Source: an uncultured Gemmatimonadales bacterium (GTDB taxonomy: Bacteria; Gemmatimonadota; Gemmatimonadetes; Gemmatimonadales; GWC2-71-9). From it: a stretch of 64,000 bases of DNA. A program made the position numbers and the translations under genes. Below, one piece after another: positions 11,985 to 23,484 of this stretch. The stretch spans positions 448,001 to 512,000 of the forward strand of contig CAVVKJ010000010.1 in NCBI GenBank assembly GCA_963748815.1, written 5' to 3'. Within the stretch, counting starts at the first letter, position 1, and each line of letters begins with the position of its first letter. The notes beneath the pieces were generated by a model that searched no databases, was not told the DNA's origin, and worked only from the letters and a program-made list of their open reading frames with translations.

Positions 11985-12931
11985 CCATCGCCCGGGTCGC
12001 CGTTGCGCTGGTCCTGGTCGGCGTCGCGCTGGCCGCCGCGCCGGACGCCCTGCACGCCTGGACCCCCGGCACGCACATCTACCTTGCCCAGAACGTCCTG
12101 GCGAGCGCCCACCTCCTCCCCCCGACGGTGGCCGACCTCATCCGGGCCTTTCCGTTCGACTTTCTCTACGGCAACATCGCGGCGGACAGCACCATCGCGA
12201 AGAATTTCGCGCCGGTCAGCCGCCACTGCCACCACTGGCACGTCGGCCAGGAGATTCACGACCTGGCCCCGACCGACGCCCTCCGGGCCTTCGGGCTCGG
12301 CTACCTCGCGCACCTGGCCGCCGACACCGTCGCCCACAACTACTTCGTCCCCCGGCAGCTCGCCGTCACGAGTTCCCGCTCGGGACTCGGCCACGCCTAC
12401 TGGGAGAGCCGGTTCGAGACCCACCTTGGTGCAGGCTTCGCGCGCACCGCCAAGGAAGTCATCCAGCTCGACCACACGCCGGCCGACGCCCATCTCGACC
12501 AGATCATCTCCCCCACCATCTTCAGCGTGCGGACCAACCGGCGGCTCTTCCGCGGCATGGTGCACCTGGTGGAGACCCGGAGCTGGCAGCGGGCCTTCCG
12601 CATGGCGCAGACCCACAGCCGCTGGGACCTGCCCGAGGAGGACGTCGAGCAGCACATGGCGCTGTCGTATGAGTTCGTGATGGAGATGCTGGGTGACGAT
12701 CGCCCCCTCGCCCGCCGGCTCGACCCCGCCGGCGCCGAGCCGCTGAAGGCCGCGCAGTCGCTGCGCCGGGAAATCCGGGACACCGGCGCCGGCCGCGACG
12801 CGATCCGGATCCACAAGCTGGCGGAGCGGGACTTCGGGCTCCCCCGGAAGGCGGACCTCTCCTACTGGCGGCAGCTCGACACCTCCCGGCCCTGGAAGGT
12901 CGCGGACGGAGGAGCATCCGATGCGGCCTGA
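11981..12931 (+). CDS. Zinc-dependent phospholipase C family protein
   Basis: Signal peptide then A-WTPGTH (N-terminal W..H zinc ligands), GNIAAD, GYLAHLAADTVAH, HAYWE. Confidence 0.8.
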   Translation: MTIARVAVALVLVGVALAAAPDALHAWTPGTHIYLAQNVLASAHLLPPTVADLIRAFPFDFLYGNIAADSTIAKNFAPVSRHCHHWHVGQEIHDLAPTDALRAFGLGYLAHLAADTVAHNYFVPRQLAVTSSRSGLGHAYWESRFETHLGAGFARTAKEVIQLDHTPADAHLDQIISPTIFSVRTNRRLFRGMVHLVETRSWQRAFRMAQTHSRWDLPEEDVEQHMALSYEFVMEMLGDDRPLARRLDPAGAEPLKAAQSLRREIRDTGAGRDAIRIHKLAERDFGLPRKADLSYWRQLDTSRPWKVADGGASDAA

Positions 12932-13556
12932 CGACCTGGGACTCCCCGAGGGGGACGGCGAGGGCCGTCCCAGCGTCCTGGTGGCGACCAGCACCCGGGT
13001 GCAGGTGCGCGTCGAACCGGTCGAGGACGACCGCACTCCGGAGGGCTCCGTCTGTCTCGGGACGTTCATCGATGGCCGGCTGGTCGGCCGGCGGGTGGCG
13101 CCGACCGAAGCGCTGGAGGAGTTGCGGGAGTTCCACCTCTTCGACGACCCGGTCCATCTCGGCCTCGTCGCCTACGAGGACGCCCCCGGCCTGCAGTGTC
13201 GCCTGCTCGCACTCCTCCCCGCCGACCGCTTTCCCCTCACCGAGGACAGCGAAGACGAGGAGGGCGAGGACGACAGCGAGCCCTGGCGCGCCAGCGTGCC
13301 GGCCCCGTCATTCGAAGTCGAACCCGAGCGCGCGCCGCGCCTGGACGAGGAGACGCCGAGCCTCGAGGACGGCGCCGCGGTGCCGGTCTACCTCGGCAAC
13401 ATCGTTCGGCTCTCCCGCGATCGGAAACACCCGGAGGACCTCGCGGCGGAAGCGAGCGATGTCCTGATGACGGTGCTCACCGGGACCGTCTCGGAGGTAG
13501 TGGATCGGGTGCTGGAAGACCTGCTGGAGGGGGACGAGCCGAGGACTGAGGACTGA
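12921..13556 (+). CDS. Acidic hypothetical protein
   Basis: Overlaps the upstream stop, GGAG SD, codon bias typical of real genes here. Confidence 0.65.
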   Translation: MRPDDLGLPEGDGEGRPSVLVATSTRVQVRVEPVEDDRTPEGSVCLGTFIDGRLVGRRVAPTEALEELREFHLFDDPVHLGLVAYEDAPGLQCRLLALLPADRFPLTEDSEDEEGEDDSEPWRASVPAPSFEVEPERAPRLDEETPSLEDGAAVPVYLGNIVRLSRDRKHPEDLAAEASDVLMTVLTGTVSEVVDRVLEDLLEGDEPRTED

Positions 13557-13570
13557 GCCGAGGTTAGTGC

Positions 13571-15000
<1,430 letters not shown>

Positions 15001-15001
<1 letters not shown>

Positions 15002-16405
15002 CAGCGCACCTCCCCGCCGGCATCGAGCGCCGCTTCCAGCGCACTCGCCACCGCCAGCATGCGCGCCTCGCCGAACGCCGGCGCGATCAACTGCGCGCCG
15101 ACCGGCAATCCCTCCGACAGTGCCTGCCGGGAGGCTCATCGCCGGCAGTCCCGCCAGGCTCACCGAGCAGACGAAGATGTCGGCCATGTACATCGCCACC
15201 GGATCGGCGGTCTTTTCCCCGGCACGGAACGCGGTGGTCGGCGTCGTCGGAGTGAGGAGGAAGTCCACGCCTCCCGGCGCGAAAGCGCGGCGGAAATCGT
15301 CGGCGATCAGGTTGCGCACCTGCTGCGCCTTGTGGTAGTAGGCGTCGTAGTAGCCGGCGCTCAGCACATAGGTGCCGACCAGGATCCGCCGCCGCACCTC
15401 GGGGCCGAACCCCTCGCCGCGCGTGGCGCGATAGAGCGCCGGCAGGTCGCCGGCGGCGCCGACGCGGCGGGCCCCGTACCGCACCCCGTCGTAGCGGGCC
15501 AGGTTGGAGGCGGCCTCGGCCGGCGCCAGCACGTAGTAGGTCGGCACGGCAAACGGCGTGTGCGGCAGCGACACCGGCACCAGTTCGGCCCCGAGGGCGC
15601 GCAGCACGTCGGCGGCGCGATCGACACCCGCACGCACGCCGCCGTCGAGATCCGCCGGGAAGTATTCCGCCGGCAGGCCGACGCGCAGCCCCTGCAGCGA
15701 GCCGGGGGTGGCCTCGATCGACAATCCGCCGGCAGCGACCGTGGTGGCGTCCTGCGCGTCGTGGCCGCTGATGGCGCTGAGGACCCGCGCCGCGTCATGC
15801 ACCGTGCGGCCGAACACCGAGACGCAATCGAGCGACGACCCGAAGGCCACCAGCCCGTACCGGCTCACCCGCCCATAGGTCGGCTTCACGCCGACCACGC
15901 CGCAGAAGCTGGCCGGCTGCCGGACCGACCCGCCGGTCTCGGACCCGAGCGCCGCGGGCACCACCCCCGCCGCCACCAGCGCGGCGGAACCGCCCGACGA
16001 CCCGCCGGGCACCCGATCGGGATGCGTCGGGTGCTGCACCCGGCCAAAGGCGGAGTGCTCGGTGGAGGAACCCATCGCGAACTCGTCGAGGTTGGCCTTG
16101 GCGGCGATGAGCGCGCCCGCCGCGCGGAGCCGGCGCACGACGGTGGCGTCGTACGGCGAACGGTATCCGCCGAGGATCTTCGACGCGCAGGTGGTCGGCG
16201 CGTCGGTGGTGACGATGTTGTCCTTGATCGCGATCGGCATCCCGGCCAGGGGAAGCGTGGCGCCGGACGCCTGCAGCGCCGCCACCCGCGCCGCCTCCGC
16301 CGCGAGATTCTCCTCGCTCCAGTGCAGCGTGGCGTTGAGGCCGCGCGCCTCCGCCGCGCGCAGCCGCGCCCCGACGGCCTGGGCGAGCTCCTGCACGTCG
16401 CTCAT
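15001..16405 (-). CDS. gatA: Asp/Glu-tRNA amidotransferase subunit A (apparent +1 frameshift near 15121)
   Basis: AIKDNI, NLDEFAMGSSTE, PGGSSGGSAA, GSETGGSVRQPA. Length 1405 nt (3n+1). The shifted frame continues LSEGLPVGAQLIAPAFGE. Confidence 0.93.
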
Positions 16406-16701
16406 TCCCCCTCCATGGCGCCGAGCCGGGGCACCAGGAAGAGCCCGTCCCGGAACTCGGGGGCGAAGGAGGCGATGTCGTGTACCAGCGGCACGGACCC
16501 GGGGTCGTCCTCCCGCAGGGTCACGGCCGGAGGGCCGGCCTGGAAGGGCGCCGCGGAGTCGCCGGCGGGGACGTTGTTGAGCTGGGCGACATAGTCCACG
16601 ATGCGACCAATCTGCGCCACCAGCGCCTCGACATCCTGCGGCGGCACGTCCAGTTCGGCGAGCTGCGCCACGCGGAGGATCTCTTCCCGGCTGATCGTCA
16701 T
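16402..16701 (-). CDS. gatC: Asp/Glu-tRNA amidotransferase subunit C
   Basis: ISREEILRVAQLAELD...LRED...FLVPR. Confidence 0.92.
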   Translation of the reverse strand: MTISREEILRVAQLAELDVPPQDVEALVAQIGRIVDYVAQLNNVPAGDSAAPFQAGPPAVTLREDDPGSVPLVHDIASFAPEFRDGLFLVPRLGAMEGE

Positions 16702-18980
16702 GCGCTCTCCCACTCACGCTCGAGGCCGGCAAAGGCCACGAGGAGTTGTTTGACTCCCACCTCTTCATCGTCGAACTGGACCGACACCTTGAGATCGCGC
16801 CCCGCGCCGGTCAGGCCCTGGATCGATCCGCTCCCAAAGCGGCGGTGGGTCACGCGCTCACCGCGCACATACCGCGGCGTGTCCTGCGACAGCTCCTCCG
16901 GAGCTTCCGCGGCGGGGCTGCGGGGCAGCGGGGCGGCTGTTGCGTCCCAGCCAGCGGACCGCGAACCCACCCAACTCCCATGGCGGCCACCTGCCCCGCT
17001 GCCCCGCTGCCCCGCTGCCCACCCCGCCACCGACGTCCTCCGTTCATCGAGGATTCCCGGCGGCAACGCCTCCAGGAACCGTGACGGCCGTCCGTACTGG
17101 AGATTGCCGCCACGACGTCTGCTGCGCGCGAAGGTCAGGTAGAGCTTGTCCTTGGCGCGGGTCAGGCCGACGTAGCAGAGACGCCGCTCCTCCTCCACCC
17201 CGCCGGGTTGTTCGTCGGCGCGCGCCAGGGGGAAGAGCCCGTCTTCGAGGCCGGCGAGCACCACGACCGGCCACTCGAGCCCCTTGGCGGTGTGAATCGT
17301 CATCAGGGTGACGCCTTCCTCGGCGCCCTCGATGGTATCGTGCGAGCTCAGGAGCGCGGCGTCGGCCAGGAAGCGCTCCAGCGGGGAGCCGGGCTCCTCG
17401 GGGTCCTCCACCACGATCTCCGACCAGTTCGCCGCGCTGGCCACCAGTTCGCGCACGTTGTCCCACCGATCGGCCCCCTCCGGCCCCTCCTGCTTGAGCA
17501 GGTTTTCGTAGTCGATGGCCTGCATCAGTTCTTCCAGCACGTCGGCCGGGGGCTGGTGGCCGGCCTGGCTCCGCAGCCGCTCGAGCAGCGCGGCGAAGCC
17601 GGTCAGCGCCTGCCGGACGTTGGGACGGAGGTCGGCGATGCGATCGGCGATGCCCGCGGCCGCGAGCAGCGGCTTGTTCCAGGCTCGCGCCGCCTCGATC
17701 AGCGCCGACAGGCTGGAGTCGCCGATCCCGCGGCGCGGGACCCCGACGGCCCGCAGGAACGCCTCGTCGTCCGAGGGATTGGCCACCAGGCGGAGATACG
17801 CGAGCAGGTCCTTCACCTCGCGGCGATCGTAGAAGCTGATGGCCCCGACGATCCGATAGGGTGTCCCGCTCCGCCGGAACGACTCCTCGAGGGCGCGCGA
17901 CTGGAAATTCGTGCGGTACAGCACCGCCATCTCGCCGTAGCTCCAGTCCCCGTCCGCGGCGCGGCGGCGCAGCTCCCCGGCGATCCACTCCGCCTCGTCG
18001 CGCTCGTCCGCCGCGGCCACCAGCGTGACCGATTCCCCGCCCCGCCGCGCGGTCCGCAGCGTCTTCCCGATCCGGCCGCTGTTCTCGGCGATGACGGCAT
18101 TGGCCGCGTCGAGCACCACCTGGGTGGACCGGTAGTTCTCCTCCAGCCGCACCAGCCGGACGTCGGCGAAGTCGCTCTGGAAATCCACCATGTTCCGCAC
18201 CTCGGCGCCGCGCCAGCCGTAGATCGACTGATCGTCGTCGCCGACCGCGCTCACATTGCCATGCGAGCCCAGCGCGCGGATCAACTCGTATTGCGCGCGG
18301 TTGGTGTCCTGGAACTCGTCCACCAGGACGAACTGGAACTTGCGACGGTAGGCCTCGAGGCGCTCCGGGTGCCGGCGGAAGAGCTCGAGGGGATGGAGGA
18401 GCAGGTCGTCGAAATCCATCGCGTTGGCGGACTGCAGCGCCGGCCCCAGCGCCGCGTACACCTCCGCGGCGACCTTGACCAGCGGATTGAAGGTGCTGGA
18501 GGCCAGCAGTTCGCTCGGCGGGGTCATCCGGTTCTTGGCGCCGGAGATGATCGACTGGACCGCCTTCGGCGGAAAGGCCTTCGACGGGTGCCCGAGCTGG
18601 TCGAGCAGCCGGCGAATGAGGCGCAGCCGGTCGTCTTCGTCATAGATGGTGTACTGGCGCGTGAAGCCGAGGAGTTCCGCCTCCCGACGCAGCAGCCGTG
18701 CCGAGAGGGAGTGGAAGGTCCCGATCCAGAGGCCCCCGGGATCGCGACCGAGCAGTCGTCCGATCCGTTCCTTCATCTCGGCGGCGGCCTTGTTGGTGAA
18801 GGTCACCGCGAAGATCCGGTCCGGCGCCACCCCGTGGGTCTCGATCAGGTTCGCGACCCGTGCGGTGAGCACCCGCGTCTTGCCGGAGCCCGCGCCGGCG
18901 AGGACCAGCAGCGGACCCGAGCCGTGCTCCACCGCCTCGCGCTGCGCGGGGTTCAGGGTGCCGAGGAGGGGAGCGGTCAT
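16698..18980 (-). CDS. pcrA: ATP-dependent DNA helicase PcrA/UvrD
   Basis: LAGAGSGKTRVL, VDEFQDTN, VGDDDQSIYGWRGA, EENYRST, HTAKGLE, EERRLCYVGLTRA, C-terminal Tudor-like domain. Confidence 0.95.
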   Translation of the reverse strand: MTAPLLGTLNPAQREAVEHGSGPLLVLAGAGSGKTRVLTARVANLIETHGVAPDRIFAVTFTNKAAAEMKERIGRLLGRDPGGLWIGTFHSLSARLLRREAELLGFTRQYTIYDEDDRLRLIRRLLDQLGHPSKAFPPKAVQSIISGAKNRMTPPSELLASSTFNPLVKVAAEVYAALGPALQSANAMDFDDLLLHPLELFRRHPERLEAYRRKFQFVLVDEFQDTNRAQYELIRALGSHGNVSAVGDDDQSIYGWRGAEVRNMVDFQSDFADVRLVRLEENYRSTQVVLDAANAVIAENSGRIGKTLRTARRGGESVTLVAAADERDEAEWIAGELRRRAADGDWSYGEMAVLYRTNFQSRALEESFRRSGTPYRIVGAISFYDRREVKDLLAYLRLVANPSDDEAFLRAVGVPRRGIGDSSLSALIEAARAWNKPLLAAAGIADRIADLRPNVRQALTGFAALLERLRSQAGHQPPADVLEELMQAIDYENLLKQEGPEGADRWDNVRELVASAANWSEIVVEDPEEPGSPLERFLADAALLSSHDTIEGAEEGVTLMTIHTAKGLEWPVVVLAGLEDGLFPLARADEQPGGVEEERRLCYVGLTRAKDKLYLTFARSRRRGGNLQYGRPSRFLEALPPGILDERRTSVAGWAAGQRGSGAGGRHGSWVGSRSAGWDATAAPLPRSPAAEAPEELSQDTPRYVRGERVTHRRFGSGSIQGLTGAGRDLKVSVQFDDEEVGVKQLLVAFAGLEREWESA
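16912..17020. repeat. Inverted pair of octamer tandem repeats inside the pcrA linker
   Basis: GCGGGGCT-GCGGGGCA-GCGGGGCG-G (16912-16936) against (CTGCCCCG)x3 plus CTGCCC (16991-17020); 23/25 complementary. Confidence 0.75.
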
Positions 18981-20146
18981 GTCGCGGCCGCCTCATCCTG
19001 GAGCGGAAGCGCGAGGCGGAAGCAGGCACCGCTCGTGGACGGCTCGAGCGACAGGCTCCCCTCGTGCGCCTCCTGGGCGACCCGCGTCGCGAGGGCGAGC
19101 CCGATGCCCCACCCTCCCGTCTTGGTGGTGATCCCCGCCTGGAAGAGGGTCCGTCGGATGCTCCCCTCGATGCCGGGCCCGTCGTCGATGATGCGGAGCA
19201 CGCCTTGGCGCCCCTCGGCCTCGACGCGGAGGATGATGGTGCCGGAGCGCCCGCGCAGCGCGTCGATGGCGTTCTTCACCAGCGACTCCAGCGCCCATTC
19301 GAGGAGAATGGTATCGCCAAGCACGATCGGTCCGGCGCCCGCCGCCTCGACCCGCAGCTCGATCGGGTTGGCGTGGCGCGGCAACCGGGGACGGAAGTAC
19401 CCGGCCACCCGGTCGGCCAGGGCGCCGAGCCCGATCGGTTCACGCCGCGCCGGATTCCCAATCCGCTCGAACCGCTGCGCCACCCGCTCGAGTCGTTCGG
19501 CGTCGGCCGCGAGGTGCTCGGCCAGGTCGGCCGGGGGCGTCGGCCGCGAGCGGACCACTTCGATCCAGCCCTGCAGGCTCATCAGCGGGGTGCCCATCTG
19601 GTGCGCCGCCTCGCGCGCCATCGCCACCCAGAGCCGGTCCCGTTGCGACGACATCGCGTGCCGGTAGGCGTAGAACGCCACGCCGATCATCGTCGCCACG
19701 GTGAGTCCCTGCAGGAGTGCGAGCAGCCCGAGTTGCCGGCGCGCCGGGAGCGGCCCGAAATGCACGGTGCCGAGCCCCGGCTCGACCAGCGGGGGATTTA
19801 CCCGGTCGAGCTTCAGCGCGTATTCCTTGACGCGCGGGTCGTCGAGCGTGGCATCGAATGGCAGGTTGGCGTAGGCGGTCACTTGGCCCATGCCGTCGGT
19901 GACCACGAGGGGGAGTCCCTGCTGGCGCACCCGCTCCCCCAGCTGGAGGAGCGCGCCGGCTTCGGCGCCCGGCGTGGGATCGTTCAGCCCCGCGAAGACG
20001 CCGGAGTAGAGCCGACTGATGTTGAGGGCGTCCTGCTGGAGGTGCTGCGTCACCATGAGCCCGGTGCCGGCGGTCAGGGCAATGAGCCCGACCGCCAGGG
20101 CGACGATGACGCCCGGCGCGAACCGGCGGACCGAGTCCCTACGCAC
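18977..20146 (-). CDS. Membrane sensor histidine kinase
   Basis: Two TM segments, H-box [14 protein letters not shown]-box [27 protein letters not shown]. Start uncertain. Confidence 0.9.
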   Translation of the reverse strand: MRRDSVRRFAPGVIVALAVGLIALTAGTGLMVTQHLQQDALNISRLYSGVFAGLNDPTPGAEAGALLQLGERVRQQGLPLVVTDGMGQVTAYANLPFDATLDDPRVKEYALKLDRVNPPLVEPGLGTVHFGPLPARRQLGLLALLQGLTVATMIGVAFYAYRHAMSSQRDRLWVAMAREAAHQMGTPLMSLQGWIEVVRSRPTPPADLAEHLAADAERLERVAQRFERIGNPARREPIGLGALADRVAGYFRPRLPRHANPIELRVEAAGAGPIVLGDTILLEWALESLVKNAIDALRGRSGTIILRVEAEGRQGVLRIIDDGPGIEGSIRRTLFQAGITTKTGGWGIGLALATRVAQEAHEGSLSLEPSTSGACFRLALPLQDEAAAT

Positions 20147-21422
20147 GGGGGACCAGGCGATCGGTCCCCAGATAGGGCGCGAGCGCCTCGGGAATCTGGA
20201 CGGAGCCATCCGCCTGCTGGCCGTTCTCGAGCAGGGCGATGATGGTGCGTGGGAAGGCCAGGCCGCTGGCGTTCAGCGTGTGGACGAATTCCGGCTTCGC
20301 GCCCGCGTCGGGACGGAAGCGAATATTGGCGCGGCGGGCCTGGAAATCCCCGAAGGTCGAGGCGCTCGACACCTCGAGCCAGGCGTTCACCCCCGCGGCC
20401 CACACCTCGAGGTCGAGCGTGCGGGCGCTGGCGAAGCCGATGTCCCCGGCCGCGAGCGACAGCACCCGGTAGGGGAGCCCGAGCCGCTGCAGCACCGCCT
20501 CCGCATGGGCGGTGATCCGCTCGAGTTCCACCGCGCCGTCCTCGGGGCGCACGAAGCGGACGATTTCCACCTTGTCGAACTGGTGGACCCGGATCAGCCC
20601 GCGGGTGTCCTTGCCGTGCGCGCCGGCCTCCCGCCGGAAACAGGGGGTGCTCGCCACGTAGCCGATCGGGAGCGACGCGCCGTCGAGGATCTCGTCGCGA
20701 TGGAGGTTCGTGACGGGCACTTCGGCGGTCGGCAGGAGGTAGAGGCCGTCGCGTTCGACGCCGTACAGGTCTTCCTCGAACTTGGGGAGCTGACCCGTGC
20801 CGAGGAGGCTGGCCCGGTTGAGCAGCAGTGGCGGGGTGACTTCGACGTAGCCATGCTCGCGGGTGTGCAGGTCGAGCATGAAATTCTCGAGCGCGCGCAC
20901 CAGCCGCGCCCCGAGACCGACGAAGACCGGGAATCCGCTCCCCGAGAGCTTGGCTCCGCGCGGGAGGTCGAGAATCCCGAGCCGTTCGCCGAGCTCCCAG
21001 TGGGGGCGCGGCGCGAACGCGAACGCGGGCGCGGTGCCCCAGCTGCGAATGACGGTGTTGGCGGTGGCGTCGCCGTCGGGGCAGTCGGGCGAGGGCAGGT
21101 TGGGGACTTCGAGCGCGCGGGCGTCCAGCGCCGCCTCGATCTCCCGCAGTTCGGCGTCGAGGACCCGCACCTCGTCCCCCGAGGCGCGCAGTTCGGCCAT
21201 CAGCGCCTCGGCCGGCTCCTTGGCGCGCTTGAGCCGGGCCACTTCCTCCGTCGCCTTGTTGCGCTCGGACTTCAGCGCCTCGACCCGGGAGAGAATGCCG
21301 CGGCGCTGGACGTCGAGTGCCAGGATCTCCTCAAGCATCGCGTCGACCGCGGGATCAAGACGCCGGGCCAACCGGGTCCGTACCCCCTCGGGGTCCTGGC
21401 GCAGTTGCCGGAGATCGATCAC
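20139..21422 (-). CDS. serS: Serine-tRNA ligase
   Basis: [36 protein letters not shown]. Confidence 0.97.
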   Translation of the reverse strand: MIDLRQLRQDPEGVRTRLARRLDPAVDAMLEEILALDVQRRGILSRVEALKSERNKATEEVARLKRAKEPAEALMAELRASGDEVRVLDAELREIEAALDARALEVPNLPSPDCPDGDATANTVIRSWGTAPAFAFAPRPHWELGERLGILDLPRGAKLSGSGFPVFVGLGARLVRALENFMLDLHTREHGYVEVTPPLLLNRASLLGTGQLPKFEEDLYGVERDGLYLLPTAEVPVTNLHRDEILDGASLPIGYVASTPCFRREAGAHGKDTRGLIRVHQFDKVEIVRFVRPEDGAVELERITAHAEAVLQRLGLPYRVLSLAAGDIGFASARTLDLEVWAAGVNAWLEVSSASTFGDFQARRANIRFRPDAGAKPEFVHTLNASGLAFPRTIIALLENGQQADGSVQIPEALAPYLGTDRLVPRA

Positions 21423-21425
21423 CGC

Positions 21426-21992
21426 TCAGTCCTTCGGAAGGCCGGGAATCAGGCTCTTGTACCCGCAGTTCTCGTTGGAAAGCGCCTTGAACGTCATCGT
21501 CTGGTTGCCGGGCGTGTCGTCGATGGAGAGGACTTCCATCTTGCCGTACAGCGGCACGCCGAGCCCGCCGCAGATGATCCGCGAGCGAAGCAGGAGTACG
21601 GTGCCGGAGTCGACGTGGATGGTGTCGCCGGTGATCCAGCCGTTGGAAGGTCCCTGGGTGAGCTGGTCGAAGGTCTTCGAGGTGAACTGCATGCCGGGTC
21701 CCGATCCGTTCGTCGTGACGAGTCGCATCACCTCGAGCGTGAGGAGCACGTGCTGACCCGAGGCATCGACGTCGTAGGTCCAGTCGAAGGCCGAGGTGAG
21801 GTCGGTCCGGACCACGTTGCCGTCGGCGACGGAATAGGCGCTGGGGACGGAGACCGGCGAGCTGGTCAGCGACCCGATCGTGAAAGTGTCGACGACGTTC
21901 GGAATGGAGGCCGGCGCCAGATTGGTGTTGTCACCGCAGGCCGCGGTGGCGACAGTCGCGAAGGCCAGAACGAGCAGGTGTGGGAGGCGCAT
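21426..21992 (-). CDS. Hypothetical lipoprotein
   Basis: Lipobox TAA-C after a hydrophobic signal; two further Cys near the C-terminus. Confidence 0.75.
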   Translation of the reverse strand: MRLPHLLVLAFATVATAACGDNTNLAPASIPNVVDTFTIGSLTSSPVSVPSAYSVADGNVVRTDLTSAFDWTYDVDASGQHVLLTLEVMRLVTTNGSGPGMQFTSKTFDQLTQGPSNGWITGDTIHVDSGTVLLLRSRIICGGLGVPLYGKMEVLSIDDTPGNQTMTFKALSNENCGYKSLIPGLPKD

Positions 21993-22001
21993 AAGAGCGG
22001 A

Positions 22002-22073
22002 AGGTTACCAACGGGCGCGAAGTGGGTCAACCCACCGTGGATTCTTGACTTCGCTCAGGTCGCCGCCTACGTT
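22002..22073. promoter_or_regulatory. Back-to-back divergent sigma70-type promoters
   Basis: Minus: TTGACC(22030-25)-N17-TAACCT(22007-02). Plus: TTGACT(22045-50)-N17-TACGTT(22068-73). Confidence 0.65.
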
Positions 22074-22108
22074 CAGCGGGCCCCGACCCCCGCCCCGGAG
22101 CCCACCGA

Positions 22109-22459
22109 ATGTCGGCACTTTCCACCCTTCTGGACGACCTCGCCGCGCGCCCCGGCGTGCTCGGCGTCCTCGTGCTGAGCGACGACGGCCTGTCCGTCGC
22201 CCAGGCCGGCAACGACCCCGCCGCCGATGAACTGGCCGCGCTCGGCTCCGCCGCGCTTCGCCAGCTCACCCAACTCGGCCGGAGCACCAGGCAGGGGGCG
22301 CTGCAGCTGGGCGTCATCGAGTACGAGTCCGGCCGCGTCGTCATTCATCCCCTCCGCGAGGACGCGTCCCTGCTCCTGCTCGTTCGACGCGACCTCAACG
22401 TCGGCACCCTCCTCTTCGAACTGTCCGCGGAGGCCGAGGCGCTCTCCGCGCTGCTCTGA
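22109..22459 (+). CDS. Roadblock/LC7 (MglB-like) protein
   Basis: PGVLGVLVLSDDGLSV...ELAAL...LNVGTLLFEL pattern. Confidence 0.85.
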   Translation: MSALSTLLDDLAARPGVLGVLVLSDDGLSVAQAGNDPAADELAALGSAALRQLTQLGRSTRQGALQLGVIEYESGRVVIHPLREDASLLLLVRRDLNVGTLLFELSAEAEALSALL

Positions 22460-23484
22460 TGCGCTGGGCCGTCCTCCTTGCCGGTGGCTCCGGCACGCGC
22501 TTCTGGCCGTTGAGCACGCCCGCTCACCCGAAACAACTGCTTCCGCTGGCCGGGGCACGATCGACCGCCGAAGCGGCGGTGGACCGGCTCGAGGGGCTGG
22601 TCGACCCCTCACGCGTGCTGGTGGTGACCGGCGAGGCGCTGGCCGGCCCGCTCCGGAAGGCGCTCCCCGTCCCTCCCGAGAATATTCTGGTGGAACCGCG
22701 CGCCGCCTCCACCGGCCCCGCCTTGCTCTGGGCCACCCTGGAGGCGCAGCGCCGCGACCCTGACGCCGAAGTCCTTTCGCTGCATGCCGACTGGGTCATT
22801 CCCGACCCCGACGCCTTCCGCCGCACCGCCGTCGCGGCGCTCGAGAGTGCGCGGCAGCACGACCGCCTGGTGACGGTCGGCATGGTGCCGTCCCGGCCGG
22901 AAACGGGATACGGCTACATCGTCCCGGGACCGGAGCTCGACGCGACGGCACGGCGGGTCGCCCGCTTCGTCGAGAAGCCGGACGCGGCGCGGGCCCTCGA
23001 TCTCATCGCCGCCGGCGCGCTCTGGAACAGCGGCCTCTTCGCCTGGACCGCGGCGCGGCTCCGCGCCGAGGTCGAGCGCCACACCCCGGAACTGTCGGTG
23101 GCGCTCGCCGCCCTGCGCGCGGGCGACGTGCCCCGCTTTTTCTCCATGGTCACGCCGGTCTCGATCGACGTCGGCGTGCTCGAGCGGAGCAACGCGGTGG
23201 CCGTGGTCGCCGGCGCGTTCCACTGGGACGACGTGGGGACCTGGGAGGCGCTCGCCCGGGTGCGCGACCTCGACGCCGGCGGCAACGTGCTCGTCGGGCC
23301 GGTCCATGCGCACGGTGCCGAGGACTGCATCGCCTGGAGCGATGGCGAGCCGATCGTCCTCTTCGGCGTGCGTGACCTCGTGGTGGTCCGCGCCAACGGC
23401 CGGATCCTGGTGATGAACCGCGCCGACGCCGCCCGGCTGAAGGAGGCGCTCGACACACTCCCCCCTGAGGTTCGCGATGTCTGA
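22459..23484 (+). CDS. manC: Mannose-1-phosphate guanylyltransferase
   Basis: LAGGSGTRFWPLS..PKQLL, PETGYGYI, FVEKPD, WNSGLF, WDDVGTW. Confidence 0.9.
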   Translation: MRWAVLLAGGSGTRFWPLSTPAHPKQLLPLAGARSTAEAAVDRLEGLVDPSRVLVVTGEALAGPLRKALPVPPENILVEPRAASTGPALLWATLEAQRRDPDAEVLSLHADWVIPDPDAFRRTAVAALESARQHDRLVTVGMVPSRPETGYGYIVPGPELDATARRVARFVEKPDAARALDLIAAGALWNSGLFAWTAARLRAEVERHTPELSVALAALRAGDVPRFFSMVTPVSIDVGVLERSNAVAVVAGAFHWDDVGTWEALARVRDLDAGGNVLVGPVHAHGAEDCIAWSDGEPIVLFGVRDLVVVRANGRILVMNRADAARLKEALDTLPPEVRDV

